Shown here: in pieces, positions 25,401 to 39,980 of the stretch
Layout: the number at the start of each line of letters is the position of its first letter
How positions within the stretch are numbered: the first letter of the stretch is position 1
Source of the DNA: Hydrolagus colliei
Taxonomy: Eukaryota
DNA length: 64,000 nucleotides
Assembly: GCA_035084275.1 (NCBI GenBank)
Contig: CM068757.1
Location: forward strand, 9,796,001 to 9,860,000
Direction: 5' to 3'
The notes under the pieces: model-generated
Told to the model about the DNA's origin: nothing
The model's database searches: none
What the model saw: the letters and a program-made list of their open reading frames with translations, nothing else
Position numbers and translations under genes: made by a program

Positions 25401-28400
25401 CTCCCTCCCCTGTGTCTCCCCCTTGCTCAGGTCCTGAACTGACTGTTCGGTGCCTTGGCACGTCCTCCCAACGTGAAAGGCACTCTATAAATGTAATTTT
25501 GCTTGTTGTTACTTAATGTCCTTCTCTCCTCTCCACCCTGGTTTTGCAACTAATGTTCTTTTTTTACAGTTAAACCAACAGTCAGCTTGTCTACAAAACA
25601 CTTTACTGTGGTGAGCAATTCAGAGGGCTCTGTGAGGTGCGACATTGCCAGATTTTATCCTCAGGAATACAGTCTCAAGTGGCTCAAGGTGTCATCAGGA
25701 AAGACAGAGACAGTTGTGAATGATATCTGCACAGGTGCTCCAGTGCCTAACAAAGATGGAACGTTCAATGTGTCCAGCCAGATACAGATTGAACCAACAA
25801 TGGATGCCGATGGGACCATCTACCAGTGTGAGGTTAAGCACAGAACGCTTAGTAGGCCCTTGATAACAGAGGCCAAACTCACCGTGAAAGGTAAATAGAT
25901 ATCAGATAGCTACAAGAAGAGTGAAAGGAGAGCTTCTAAGAATTATTTTCACACACTCTGAGCTGTTTGGCCATGGAATGGTTCTATCAGAGGCAGAGTT
26001 AATTGTGTTTTTCCAGAAGAAAGTAGACGGGTACTGTATGTGAAAGAAAAATGTCTTGAAAGGGTGTGGAGAAACAATGGGGCAGTGGGATCAAACAAAT
26101 GATTTGCTCTGAGAGCTGGTCAGACTCAAAAGTTTAATGTGTAAATTTGTAAACTGATGTGTAAATGTTTATGATTCTATTTCATAAGTAGAGAAACAAA
26201 ATTAGAGTTTTTTGTGACTCGTAGAGGAAGATTTCAAGATCAGTTTGCACTTTTATATGCAAGGTCTCAGAGGCAAAGTCAAATATTAATTTCAGCTTTT
26301 GGACTGTGATTCTCAATTTGAGTTTCAAAGAAAACAATTTTGGCTCTCGAATCCTGAAAGTTGTGCTTGGTTTTCCGGCACATTTGTTGGAACTGTAGAG
26401 CCATACCTGCGGTGAAATTCCACATGCATCAGACACCATGTTGCTTGTGATGTTGCCTTTTGCCTCGAAGACTGTACCCTGTTATTTATCATGTTTCAGA
26501 ACCAGAGAGAACATCAGGAGGAGCGATTGCCGGGGCTATAATTGGAACATTGATCTTCAGCGTGTTGGCATTTGCTGGACTATTTTTCGTTTATACAATG
26601 CATTTTCAAAAAGGTAAAGTGTTGCTTGGTTATAGGCTTTCAGTTTACATTGTGTTAGGGATCTGTTAAATGTGATCTTTTATCTAATCTGCTATTTTTA
26701 CCTCCCTTTTTTTCTCATGTATGCATCGAGTTTCCTCTTAAGTGCATTTTGAAATGAATAAGTACAAGAATATCATTTACATTTAATATGTCAAATTTCA
26801 CATTGGGTTGCTGTCTGAAATTGGTTTAACATGTTGAGGTGCATGAACGTAAGAGGAAGCTGGATTCTCATTTGGGGGAAAAGTGAATAGAAGTTTGTGG
26901 GAAAGAGTACAGAGTGCATGGAGACTCGTGCAGAGTAAACACCAGCATGGACTAGTTCGGCCAGAGATCCTTCGTAAATCTATGTAAAAGCACAGTTGAG
27001 AAGACAGGTAGGGAGTGAAGAATGTGAGACAGTGTCCCAGAGCATGGGGGCAGAGGGGCTAAAAGCTGTTCTTATGTGCATGTATGATACTGTATCTCCT
27101 ATTCTATGTTCTTACTGGAATCAGTGCTTGGGTGGCAGTACACACAGAGCAAACACAGGCAAACATTAGAATACCCGGTTTTAACTCGTGTTTTCTTTCC
27201 TCAGCTTCTCCAAAAATCACCGAAATCAGCACACCTGTCACTATTAGACACCAAGAAGAAGCCTTAATAAGTTGCCAAGTTACTAGTTTTAGACCAGTTA
27301 AAATTTCCATCTCTTTATATGTCAAAAGAAGCAAACAGGATAAGAAGATAATTTATCAATGGAACAACACTATGCCTCAAAATTCTGATGAGGAAGCGAA
27401 TCTTCTCTCAAATGGAAAGGACTGTTGTGATAAATCCTTCATTCCTAATTTCTCGCTTATTAGTTTGAAAGACGGGAATTCGAGTGTGAATTGTTGCGTT
27501 AAAATGTTTCCCGACATGTATAGTGATAACGAGGTGGAATTAACCTTTCAAGTGGAGCATCAATGTTTTTGGACTCCAGTGGAGAAGAAGATAATTCTGG
27601 AGGTCGTTGGAGGTAACTGAATGAATTAACACTTTTTATGCAATTCCGCATGATAACATAATAATTTTTACATTTGTCGTTGAAATGTTTGAAATCCTTC
27701 ACAAGATTTTACTTTTTAACATGGACATGCCTTGCTGATAATCTGGAAAAGTTACCATAATCATGAGTTGAATTCCTATCTCCATTGGTGGCACGCTCAT
27801 CGGTCATGGGTTCAAGCCCCGTGCCAAGACTTGGAACTCATATAATCTAAGATGACTTTGCAATAAAAGTACTTGGGTGTGCTGAATTGCTCAAGGTGCT
27901 CATCTTTGTGTGAGACATTAAAATCCAAGGCTGTGTCTGCCTGTTCGGGTAGATATCAAAGAGTGCACAGCATTATTTGCAAAGAGAAAAGAGTTTCTCC
28001 CAATGTCCTGACCAACAATCCCCCCACCCCACCAAACTTTGGTAATAGGCTGTTGCATTTGCCCATAGAATACACTTTGGGATGTCCTACTAACATGTAA
28101 ACTGCTATATCAAATGTAAGGATTATTATTGTTATTATTTCACTGCTGGCTGAGTGAAAATTTTGCCCACCAATTATAGTTAATCCACTTTACAGCATAC
28201 TCTGTGAATCGCTCTGAGAGGTGATGTAGTTCTATATAAAACTAAGTATTATTAATATTATACACATAGTGCTTTGTCTGCATAAAAGTAAGACATCTCA
28301 AAAGGATTTGCATTTATTTAGGAAGGGCATTGCTACCTTTTAATTTTGGCTTATTCAGAGAAAATTCCCATCAGCAACCAGGATCTTGTCCTTTTTCTGA

Positions 28401-31400
28401 TGCTATTTTTCTATGTTCTGCTATTTTTCTTTCTCAAAGTTCCACCAAAGATTTCGGACATTGTACTGCCACCTCGTATCATTCACAATGAGCTGGTGGC
28501 CTTGGTCTGTCCCATCAATGGATTTAAGCCAAGACCATTGAGCATCACTTGGTACCAACATGAGAGTAATGGCAACAAGAAAGAAATTGCTTACCTCAAC
28601 AAAGACACAAGTAGATGCCTCGGAGTTGCCTGCAGGAAGATGAATAAGTTCAACCACTACATCAGTGAAATGCAATATGAGGATAAGACGTATACCATCA
28701 TCAGTGTATTGAATGTTATACCAGATATTCAAGACGATGCGGGAATGAATTATATCTGTGAGGTGCATCATGAACCCACTGGCAAAGTTGAAGAGAAAAC
28801 AGCTAGGCTGTTTATTAAAGGTAGGTTTATTTAAAAAATACATGACCGTTAAAAATTACTGAAGCAGCTCTGTACTGCAATAGTGAAATACTTTATTATT
28901 GCACTAGTCAAGAGGTTCTGGAGGCAGTGATTCTGTTAACCTTGCAAGCCAAAGGCCAAATGTGCAGGCTGATCTGAGCTGCACAAGCAAGGAAGCTTGT
29001 CATTGTTCCCAATGTCATGCTCAGAGATTTAACTTGCTCGAGTAATCTGGTGTACCCCAAGCCATGATTCTTGCAAACCTGCACTTGCTTTAGTTATACT
29101 GGAGGGTGCTGTGGACATGTGTGGATGGGTGGGAGTGAGGTGGGAGTGGGGTGGTAATTGGGATATTACCGAAAATATCAAAGAAGACAATGACTTGCCT
29201 TAAAATAAACAAGCGAAAAAAAAGTATCCTGTTTGTTTTAGTTTCAAAATGTCAATGATATCCTTCTGTTTTAATGCTGCATTCATATTATTCTACTTTC
29301 AGGCACACCCAAACTGCAGGAGATTCAGATAGACCCCAAAACACCTGTGGCAGAAAAGCCTTTGAAATTAAGCTGCCAGGTCAATTCATTTTACCCTCAA
29401 ACAATCAAAGCTGAGTGGTTTAAGAACAATGAGGAGATACCATTAGAATCACAAGATAGTGAGCCTACGATAGGAAAGGATAAGTTGTTCCATTTTGTAA
29501 CTAGCATGACGACTGTAGTCACAAAAAAGGATGTTGACAGCAAGTACATATGTAAGGTGCACCACGAAAGCCTAATAGAGCCAGTGGAGACACTTTGGGT
29601 CCTCAGCCGTTTGGGTGAGTATTAATTTTGTACATTGAGGGTTGATGTTGATCATCATTTTGTGTCTTCTATGAAATGGCAGAGTGAGGTATTCAAATAT
29701 TTTAATATTTGCTATAAAATGTTATTTTTTGCATTGTGAATTTATCATATGCACAAAAAATCACAAATATACGAATCAATCTGGTATAAAATGAAAAAGA
29801 AAGTGTTTTGCTACATACATACATATATAATTATAAACAAAACAAAATACTGCAGATGCTGGAAATCTGAAACTAAAACAGAGAGCTGGGAAAACTCAGC
29901 AGGACAGGCAGCATCTATGGAGAAAGGAAAATAATGCCTTCAGAAAACCCCCCTGTAATAAATTGGTCATTTCAATCCATAACTGTTTGTGGGACACTGC
30001 TGTGCGTAATTGGCTGTCGCGTTTTGCCCACTTGTATATAGTCAATTCACTTTGCAGTATATTCTGCAAAGCACTTTGAGACGACTAGAAAATGTGATAA
30101 GCATTTTATCAAATGCAAGGATTATTATTATTATAAAGAGGGAAAAGCACCAAGCCTACTTGTAATATATCTGTCATTCAACTTTTTATACAATTATGAA
30201 TCGGTCGAACTTCACAAAGGGAGGAATGTTTGTTTTGGTATGAATTCAGCAGATACTAATTCTTGCATCTGCTATAGAGCCTTATCACATTATCAGGATA
30301 CCTCAAGGAGCTTCATGTGATTTACTGTGAGGTTTAGCGACTGTATTTGTAGGCAAAAGAAGGCAGCCAATTTGTGCACAGGAATGCCCTATAAAAACCT
30401 AAAAGTGAATGACCAACTTAAGCTCGTTAGTCAGGAAAATGGGAAAAACTCAATTCTCTTGACGAATAGTGCCATGGGATCTTTAATATCCACCTGAATA
30501 GACAGTCTGTTTAACAGTCCATCTGTGTCTCACCCAAAGTACAACACCTCTGGCAGTTGCTACCTATATCAGTAAATCCTTTGAAGGTTTTGAGGCATCC
30601 TCCCAATGTGAAAGGCAAAGTATCCAATCCAAGGATTTATTATTATTAGTTGGCACTAAAGTTTGGATTTCAAAAACTGGATTGGAGAAGATAGGGATGA
30701 GTAATATTTAGATGACAGAAGAAAAAGAAAGAGTAAGGAAGGTAAGGAATTATACCTGGGAATTAATGAGTTAGTGTGGGAGATGAGATGGTGTCAAGAG
30801 TCTTGATTTCAATATCATGAGGATCCAAAATTGCATATTTAGCAGTAAGCATCACCAAGAAGGATAAGTTAAGAAAAACAAATTATTTTAATGATATTGA
30901 TAAAATAGAAGCCGAGGGAGAAAGATTGGAGACTTGGAAGGGAAACAGGCAATGTGGGAAAGTTACTGGAAAAAAAACTATACAGTATTTGTTACTGGTC
31001 TTCAGAGCAGTCAAGACTAATCTTAAACCTTAAGAGACACTGTAGCATAAATTGTGAAGCGATTTGAGACATCTCAATGATGTGATAAGGCACTAGGATT
31101 ATTATTTATTATTAATTTGTAACTTTTAAACTATTGAAGATTTGTGTGTTATTTACTGCCCGGTAAAGTGATCCAGTTGTTATTTTGTTCATCAATGTGC
31201 AATTGATTAATTTTCTCTTGTTCCAAATAAAGTATCTTTTCCCAAACTGACGGAGATTGAAATTGATCCACCGTTCCCGGAGATAGGGAAATCCGTTACT
31301 CTGTCCTGCAAGGCATATGACTTCTATCCCAAGGGAAATGAAATTTCCTGGATTCGGGCTTTTCAGAAAATGGAAACAAAATTCGAAAGTGAAGATACTA

Positions 31401-34400
31401 AACAGGATCTGATCACCGGCCTGTTTTATCACGAGTCCAAGTGGACGTTCATTCCAAACGAACTGGATCATGGCACAGAATACACAATGGAAATTCTTCA
31501 TGCAGAAACCTCTAATATACCACGAAAAGTCTGCCGGACGCTGATCTTAAAAGGTAAATATTATTTTAGTTACATACGTAAATTTATGGTTGTAGAACTT
31601 TAACTGTAACAAATAATATTTAATCGGTGGACCAGCTTGCGGTGTTTCGTGCAAGTCTTATCATTGATTTGGTTGCGTGACTCTACAGTCGTGTTTCTGA
31701 ACAAAAATGATCCAAATATTTTGAGTAATTCAGAAACATAATTTATAGCAATATGGCTCTACTGACTATTTTTCTAAATGTGTATCATTCCAGGCAGCTC
31801 AGTTGGTAGTATCCTTGCTAGCTCAATCAAAGGAGTTGTGGGTTCAAGTCCCATTTTGGGACTTTGCTCATATTTTAAGATGTTTCTTCTCTGATGTGCT
31901 TGGGGAAGTAGTACATTGCTAGAAGTCCTTCAGGTGAGACGTTAAACCTGTCAGATAGACATTAAAGATACTGTGGCATTATTGAAAAATGTAAGGGAAT
32001 TTTTCCAATGTCCTGATCAACAATTTGGTAGATAAAATTCAATTGTTCACTTTTTGGGCAAAATGTGGGACATTGCTGTGCACAAATGGATTGCCACATT
32101 AGTTTATAAATACACACTTACTACTTAACATTAGATCCTATGAAGCCTTTGAGCTATTTCAACAATGTGAAAAGGTGCTATACTAAATCCAAGGTTAATT
32201 AGTCTTGAATAAGATCGCTGAATGCTCATTTTATTCTGCTGTTAGACCTTTTAAAAAGAAAGGAGGTGTCTTGAAATTCCTGGTCATAGCCTACCGATGT
32301 GAAAGTCGCTCTATAAATATAATTTTGTTGTTGTTGTTTTGAAATTGAATATCACACCGAATTGTTTAGTGTCTTAAATTCAGTCTTAAATTGGAAACTT
32401 GTTGTTTCAAAAAAGTGCGTCTTTAAAAGGACAAGTAGCCTAAATCAAAAACATTTCCACAATTCTGAGCGATCTTAACTTTCAAGCAAAATTGTCCCAA
32501 AGACTAAGACTACATAAAATTGCAGATCTAAAGTTTATCAACAATCTACCATCTGTGCAATTTTTAAACAGGTATCCCAGCAGTTTCCAACATCATACTT
32601 GACCCGTCTGAGCCTGTGTATGGAAAGGAACTTGTTCTCACGTGCAATGTGAACAACTTCACGACTCAGGTGATCACAACATCTTGGTTTCAGCAGAAAA
32701 CTAAGATCTTCAAAGGGATCAGTAATCAGGGTCCTGAACCAGATGAAGGTGGATGCTTTCGGTGTTCTTCCATCCTGAAACTTGTGCCAAATGCCAGGGA
32801 TTTCGAAAAGGATTTTTCATTCCATGTGGAACATACCAGATTGACCCAACCAATCGTGAAAAGCATCTGTCTCAGCCTACCAGGTATGGTTCTGCAACAT
32901 AGAAGATGTCTATCCCTTACTGTAGATGCGTGGAACTATTTTCAACAGATTTGTGGCACTTCAACAAATTGGAGTACACTTATATTCACAGCCATAAAAT
33001 AGCACAAGGAATACTGTGTTGTTCAATAACTCTTCTTTTAAGAGAGAAGTGGATGATTATTTGGGGAGGACATGTTTGCAGGGTTATGGGGAGAGAGCCA
33101 GGGAGTGCGATTGAATTGTGAGTAGCTCTTTTCAAAGAGCAGGCACAGACTCGATGGACCGAATGGCCTCCTTTTCTACTGAAAAAATTCTATGATTCTA
33201 TGATACCTGCTTTCTTGACTAATGGTTGTGCACGTTTTTCTGTTTCCTCAGCTATCTCTCCCCAACTCTCTCATATTAAATCTGATCCTGTGTCACCGCA
33301 AATCAACCAAATGGTATCACTGAGCATTTCATTGAGCAACTACGTACCTAGTGGTATCATTGTGAAATGGTTCAAAAAATGGAAGCCTTACCCAGGAACT
33401 GTGGTCAATAGCCACCCAGAAGTGGCTGAAAATGGTCTTTTTTTTTCCACTTCGAAGATAGAGTTTCAGCCCACTTTAGACGATCAGGAATGTGATTTCA
33501 GGTGTGAGATCACTCACGAGGAAACTAAGGAGATTCATGAGAAGGATTTTGTTTTGTGTATCAAAGGTAAATGTCACAATATTCCATCCCAATTCACTAC
33601 AAAACCCTCCAGACACTTTAATGCTGCTAAATTCTACCTTTTTATCCATGTTCTCCCAATGTGGGATAGGGATTCTTGCCACTCATCTCCTTTTTAACCT
33701 GTAAGCCAAAGCCCTAATGCATAAGGTGGTTTTAGCTGGACATGTATAGATAGTGTTTTTGATGGCAAGCTATCGAGAGCTGGTTGAGAACTATTGAAGT
33801 AACCCAAGCACACTCTGGGATCCACAAGCCTTCGCTCTTGCCAATCTGGACATAATATATTCCTTCTGGAATTGGTTAAGCAGGATGTGTCTCTCCAAGG
33901 AGAGATTCTCTTTTAGAAAAGTAAGATCTAGATGTGACTAACCCTGGCTAACCGCATGAAAATCATGGAACCATAAAGATTTACAGCAAGGAAGGTGCCC
34001 ATGTGGCCCATTGTACCTACATGGGATCTCTGACTATGCTATCTGCATAGTACTATTCTCTTACCTTTTCTCCCACAGTCTTTTATGTTATGCTAGCAGA
34101 AATTCCTAGATGTGAGATCTCTGCCTGATTTATTTCCCCCTCTATCATCCAGATGCATCGCCCCCTAGTTGCTGCCACCCCACTATCCACTCTACTGTCC
34201 TCATAGAGAAGTTTGTTGGAAATGCTGGGGTCAATTATGCAACATTACTTAATAGGATTTCATAAGAAATCTAAAAGGGATTGCCTTCTGGTAATCCTAC
34301 ATCCAGTTTGCTGACTCGAGGGAGCCCATTCTAAAATGGATTGAGTTGGTTCAGGCTTTTCAAGTTGAAATCTTGTGAATCCTGGTTTGTTTATTATGAA

Positions 34401-35715
34401 ATCATGCATAATCTACCCCACACTTCACATTAGGTGATTTAACTCATTTTAAGCCTGGAAACTACTACTGTTTAACTTATTGTAACTATTTGCATGATCT
34501 CGCTGATGATGTAACCAGTCTAATATTCTTGTTTCCTATTTAAGATGGTGATGATGAGAATGATGAACCTGCACCAGGTGGTGAATCAGGCAGTGATGGT
34601 AATGTATTCTTATGTTTCACTAAGTTTCTGTATTTAGATTTTTCGGTCAACTTGAATCTATTATTTTCACAAATTAGTTCAAATGAGGAAGTTCTATTGA
34701 CCCATTTGATCTAATCTTTCCAGAAAATCCAATCTACCCAAGATTTAGCTTACTCTAAATTGGCAAAATGCCCATTTTAAATAGTCCTCATGGTAAGAAA
34801 GGTCTCCTTGTGGGTTAAGTGATCCTGAGGAGATGCACAGAGAAAGCAGTGTAGGTCTGCAGTTAATTCATGGCATTGAACATGGCTGAACGGGTTTTAT
34901 TGCTCATTGTTGAGATTTGGATGTGTAGGCAAAGACTTGACCCTGTAAGCCAAAGCCCAAAAGAGAAAAGTCGTCCTAGCAGGAGATGTGTGGTAGCTTC
35001 ATTCTTGTTCAATTAAGATGTTCAGTTACAATGATGTTACAAACCCTTTCACTTGCATGGCTTCCTTTCTCACCCAGAAGATTTTCTGGCTTTTTGATCT
35101 CTAATATTCTACAAATATCCATTCCACTATTGGGCATCAGAGGTGTATTTATCTGAGAGATTCCTAAGGGATTATTTCTTCCACAAGAGCAATAATACCA
35201 TTAACACTTCACCCGGGGTAAACACCGGGGAAATGCTCACTCGTGATGGACGAGAGGAATGGTAACCAGGTAATGGTAATGGTAAGGAACAAGGTCTCCA
35301 CGGCACAATGCTTAAGTAGAGTAACCTGTTCGCATTCAAGAATGAGCTCCAGATTGACCTCAACAATAGACATGACTGACGAAAGGCTTGTATTTACTTT
35401 TTTCCCCCAGATGAGGAAGCAGAATTTGTCTCGGAAATCGTGTGCGAAACAGAAAATCCAAAAGCTGGTCAACTTGTTACTGTGGCCTGCACTATTCAAG
35501 GGCAGGACATCAATAACTCCCACATCACTTGGTTTAAGGGTGTATACCCTTATGAAAAGGAAGATGTAATTCAAAAGATACCCCTTCCAGATGGAAGTTT
35601 CAAGAGCACATTAACTTTTACACCAAACGAGGAGGATAATGGAATCCTATTACAATGTGATGTTATTACTGAGATGGAGCCGGTTAGCAAATACTTAACT
35701 CTGCAACTCAGTTGA
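22401..35715 (+). CDS. NCR3LG1-like: Gene 2: NCR3LG1-like SP-IgV-IgC1-TM followed by 7 post-TM Ig C-type domains (1085 aa)
   Basis: Exons 22401-22464, 24290-24640, 25570-25890, 26500-26613 (TM), 27205-27612, 28440-28820, 29303-29614, 31233-31553, 32572-32883, 33252-33566, 34545-34598 and 35411-35715 total 3258 nt, open, all phase 1. Confidence 0.85.
22935..23345 (+). mobile_element. L2 3' fragment
   Basis: Same family as 19085-19605, ending in gttgttgttgtt. Confidence 0.7.
24290..24640 (+). CDS. Gene 2 exon 2, IgV
   Basis: NLEC, VQW and GDATLELSKVQFEHEGLYTCIIFVTP. Confidence 0.92.
24745..25512 (+). mobile_element. Degenerate L2 3' fragment
   Basis: QRIEFKI motif and tail gtgaaaggcactctataaatgtaattttgcttgttgtt. 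Confidence 0.65.
25570..25890 (+). CDS. Gene 2 exon 3, IgC1
   Basis: CDIARFYP, LKW, NKDGTFNVSS and YQCEVKH. Confidence 0.92.
26500..26613 (+). CDS. Gene 2 exon 4, transmembrane
   Basis: EPERTSGGAIAGAIIGTLIFSVLAFAGLFFVYTMHFQK, containing GxxxGxxxG. Confidence 0.9.
27205..27612 (+). CDS. Gene 2 post-TM C1 domain 1
   Basis: 136 codons. ISCQVTSFRP...TFQVEH. Confidence 0.85.
28440..28820 (+). CDS. Gene 2 post-TM C1 domain 2
   Basis: 127 codons. LVCPINGFKP, ITW and YICEVHH. Confidence 0.9.
29303..29614 (+). CDS. Gene 2 post-TM C1 domain 3
   Basis: 104 codons. LSCQVNSFYP, AEW and YICKVHH. Confidence 0.9.
31233..31553 (+). CDS. Gene 2 post-TM C1 domain 4
   Basis: 107 codons. VSFPKLTEIEIDPPFPEIGKSVTLSCKAYDFYP, ISW and YTMEILH. 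Confidence 0.88.
32572..32883 (+). CDS. Gene 2 post-TM C1 domain 5
   Basis: 104 codons. LTCNVNNF, TSW and FSFHVEH. Confidence 0.88.
33252..33566 (+). CDS. Gene 2 post-TM C1 domain 6
   Basis: 105 codons. VKW, ENGLF and FRCEITH. Confidence 0.88.
34545..34598 (+). CDS. Gene 2 acidic linker micro-exon
   Basis: taag|at acceptor and g|gtaatg donor. 18 codons, DGDDENDEPAPGGESGSD. Confidence 0.65.
35411..35715 (+). CDS. Gene 2 terminal exon, Ig domain 7
   Basis: ccccag|at acceptor. VACTI, ITW, DGSFKSTL and LQCDV, then TGA. Confidence 0.8.
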
Positions 35716-38700
35716 AGCATTGGAGCAAATGTGCAACTTTTTTTTTGAATCAGCAAGTGAGATGCCAATGTTGTATATGTGTATCATGCTTGGACTCCTA
35801 ATCCTTATTGCAAATGCAAAACCTAATGCATTGATATATTATAAGTTTTATATTTTCTGCCTGGCAATTAATTTGGTTTAGTTTATAAGTCCCAAACGTA
35901 TTGAGTTTATTTAGCAACTTTGTAAATTGAATCTTTCTCTTTCTATATGTTTTGGGGGGAGACTTGCGTGGAGTGCCATATAAACACCATGACGGACTGG
36001 TTGGAAGAAGTAGGAAGTGGATTACTATACATATCGCACACAATAGTCTGGAAGTTGATTTTAGTGGAAACATTTAAATGATGATCAGTGATAAGTTAGA
36101 GAAAAAATGAATGTTCAACATTCATTTTCCACTTGTATTTGAAGAATAATATTATAAGAATAGTTCTGAATTAGGGTTTAGATGGAGATGTGATTAACCA
36201 CAAATTACATTTGTATAGAGCCTTGCATCTCAGAAGGATTAAGGGTAATGAATGATGGGAACAGGAAAGGTGGTAAAGGCCAAGTCACTGGACGTATTTG
36301 AAAAGCAGCTGGATGCTGCAATGGGGAGACATTATGATGAGTGTTCTGGAAGGATGATATTGGATGGGCTGTAGGGCCTTCTTTCATCCAAACTAATCTT
36401 GTGATTTTGTGATGAAAAGAAGATTAGAAGATGAAAGGTGTGTCTTGGTATCAGCCTGGCTTTTTGTGTTAGTCTGGCTCAGGGACATGCAGGCCATACT
36501 CATGACTAAAAAAACAGAAATCTCAGACGTCCAGATTGATGATTCACCCAGTACATACTAACATAGTTTTATGATTCTTTGTATTTCATTTCTCTGCCTA
36601 ATGTTTACATGGTGACACTATGGTAAATGGTGAGACAAAATATTATGGGAAAATGTTACTATGCTGTGCCTTGAAGTCTTAAATGGGACCATCCTTACAT
36701 TCAAATAGAACAATATTGAAAGAGCTATAGTAAAGCTATATTTTATCCAGTCAGAATTGTTGTTTGGTCTGAGCTGGTAAGAGCGAGAACATCATTCGTT
36801 CTGCGACTGTTCAAGGTTCCAGGAATACTAGCAACATCGGGAAAACAGCCAAAGAGAAGTACAAAGTACAGTACAGCTTAATCAAATGAGAATGCAGTTG
36901 CAACGCAACTTTTTATTTTTTTATTCAACATCTGCTATTATCAGCGTTCAGTTTCGGAGAAAAGGGAAGCAAGGACTGTTTGCCTACTGTTTTAAGAACT
37001 TATGAACTTTAATATTGTCATTGCTACAGGGAGTTAGTGGAAGCAGAGAGTGTTGATTCTTTCAATGATAAATTACATTGATTTCTGTTAGGAAATAATA
37101 TCTCTGGAAACAATAGATAGTTTGGAAAATGACATGTGACTACCAGGATGGCCCATGCTCTTCTTTCAACTAACTAGTTAATATACGTGAGCCTAACCCT
37201 GAGTCTTTGACGCTGCCTATTGAAATCATGTTTATTGAATAATGTAAAATGATAAGTATTTCTGTTTTGCTACTTTAAAGTAAAAGTGACTTTGGTTCTG
37301 CTGTTAATAAATTCCTAATTTTAAATTCAGATGAACAAAATAAGCTAGTCTTTTCCAGCCACACCTTTTGTTCCAGGGTTCAACTGAGTAGTAACTGCTA
37401 CCTTTGAACATTGGGAGAAACGCCCTTCTCTTATGAATTGTGCCATGAGAATGTTAACATCCACCTGAGCAGGAGCTGCACTTTTTCTATGGAATCTTGT
37501 CAAATAATATTTGTTTAAACTGCTTATAATTTGTTTGTTGAAATGGGTTTTATTTGTATTCTCTCTGTGTATATATTTTTAAATAAATAAAATTTTAATT
37601 AAATAAAAAGGAAGGAAAAATTCATATTTGGCTGTGTTTTTAACAATAATTGATCACATATTAATTTACATGCAACATAGTCCACCTTTGGGATTTGTAT
37701 GTGTCTGTATTCAGACACATACAAATCAAAAAGGGAAAAAAAACAGCCATGGTTCCCACTTTTCATCCTTGCATTTGCTACAAAATTACAAAGTGCTTCA
37801 CCAGATTACTGTAGACTGTGGTGATTGTATATTTTAATACAACAGCTACCTTGCTTATAGCAATGTCACAAACAGCCGAAAAGTAAAAGCTCAATTTTAT
37901 CTGGAGGAGTGTCGGCCAGGGCACTGGAGGAAACGCCTTTCTCTATTCTCTATTCTCATTGTACCATGAGATTTGAAACATTCACTTGAGCAGCTGCAGA
38001 CGCGACCTCAGTTTTACATAACATCCAAAGGGAAATGCAGAACTCTCCCAACGCGGCATGGATTGTCAGCTCAGTTTGCGAGTTCAAAGTCGCGGCAAAA
38101 AAGATCTCTATCAACTTGATCTCTGAATAAAAGAGTATAATAATAATAATAATGCTTGCATTTGGTATATCACCTTTCACGACCAGATGACGTTCTTAAG
38201 AGCCTCACAGGATGTATTGCGTGTTAGCCTATCGCAGTGGTAGCACTACTACCTGAGTCAGAAGCACTCCCACCTGCAGGTTTAATTGACATATAGGGAC
38301 TTGGAAACACTCCACTGCAGTGTTGGGGGTGGGGGTATTGCTTATCGGAGGTGCAGTATTTGGATGATACATTAAATCTGGTCCTTTCTATCTGTGCAAG
38401 TGGACGTTAAAGATCCTATGGCACTAGTTGAAAAGAGAAAGAGGGTCTCCTAGTGTCCTTGCCGATAGTCCCCAAAATAAAATTTGGTCACTCACTCCAT
38501 GGCAGGTTGTGGGCCACTGCTGTGTGCATTTTCCTTTAAAATACACAGTAAATCCACTTTACAGTATATCCTGCGAAACGTCTCAACAACATGATAAGAC
38601 GCTATATCCAAATGCAAAGATGATTATTAGATGCTGTGGGACGTACTCCAGACGTGAAAGGCACTATATCAAAGCAAATGCATGAAGTTTTTATTTCTCC

Positions 38701-39980
38701 TCTACCCACCGGATCTGCAGGTATTGTTTTCTGGCCGCATTATTACATGGAATATCGGGAGAACTATAGACATGGGGTAAAAACGCAAAACACTGCAGAC
38801 TGTAAATCTGAAATAAAAACTGAAATCTGTGGAGAAAGGAAAAGTGAGTCAAAGTTTTGGGTCCGCAACACTTCATCAGAGCTGGTTTGACGAAGGGTCG
38901 TGAACCTGAAGCGTTGACTCACTTTTCCTTTCTTTATAGATGCTGCCTGACCTGCTGAGTGTTCCCAGCGATTTCTGTTTTTATTGACATGGGATGCTGG
39001 CTTCATCTTGTCGGTAAGTTTAAGATGGTTGTGACAGAGGCTAGAGGATCTTTGCATTCTGCCTCACTCGCAATGTGGGATGAAATGCAGACAACATTCT
39101 GAGGTAGGATGGAAGCTGGTGTGATTCTCTTCTTTTACAGCTCGGATCTTTCCCCAATCTCCGAGGGAGACTCCAGAGGTTTATTGGCCAGGACATCGAA
39201 TCATGAGATCTTTGACAGATGGGGGACAGGCAGACTGGAGCTGGGTTTAAAGTCTCACCCTCACGATGAATTTCCTTTTACAATGCTCAAACAGTAACTT
39301 CTTGTCCTGTTGCCTTGTCACACACCACCATCAACAAATAAGATTTGTTTGGCACCTTTCACATCGCAGGGCATCCCAAGATCCAGGAGTCAGGGATTCG
39401 GACCCGAGCTGGGAATTGGGAGAGGGAGCCGGGGAGGGTGGGAATACAAAGGCGACTTGAAGAGGAGAGTCTTGAGACATGACTTGAAGGAGGCAAGGGA
39501 GGCAGCGAGGCGAAGGTACTGGGATGGAGTTGCAAAGAGGGGGGTGGGGGTAGAGAGGCTGAAGACCCCACCTCCAATGTAATAATAACCCATAAAACAC
39601 TGCCTCCTGGGGCAAGGCTGGGTTTGGCTGTGGGTGAACTCATCCTGACAAGATAGGGTGAAAGATACGGCTGTATGGGATGGCGACAGTTCATTATTAC
39701 CCAACGATTTATTCACACAGCTTGCAATCTCAAACCATCATTATACGTAAAAAGTCCAACCTGAACTCAAATTCAGTCTTTATTTCACACAGAGACAAAC
39801 TAGCTTCTGCAAAGCATTAACTGCCCGTGAAGTCGATCCATAGCTCCGAGCTTTCCGATTGCGTTTCATCCAACAAAATCTGTATTAATTCTGTATTCAG
39901 CTAAGCTCGTTCCTCTGAGCTACACCGAGCCCTCTCCGCGGTGTATTCTAATGCAATTGCGTGCACAGTGCAGTCAATGT

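Noticed and set aside
37582-37607. AATAAA cluster as gene 2 polyadenylation signal
   Set aside because: It is plausible, but AATAAA is frequent in this AT-rich DNA and cannot be assigned without transcript data.
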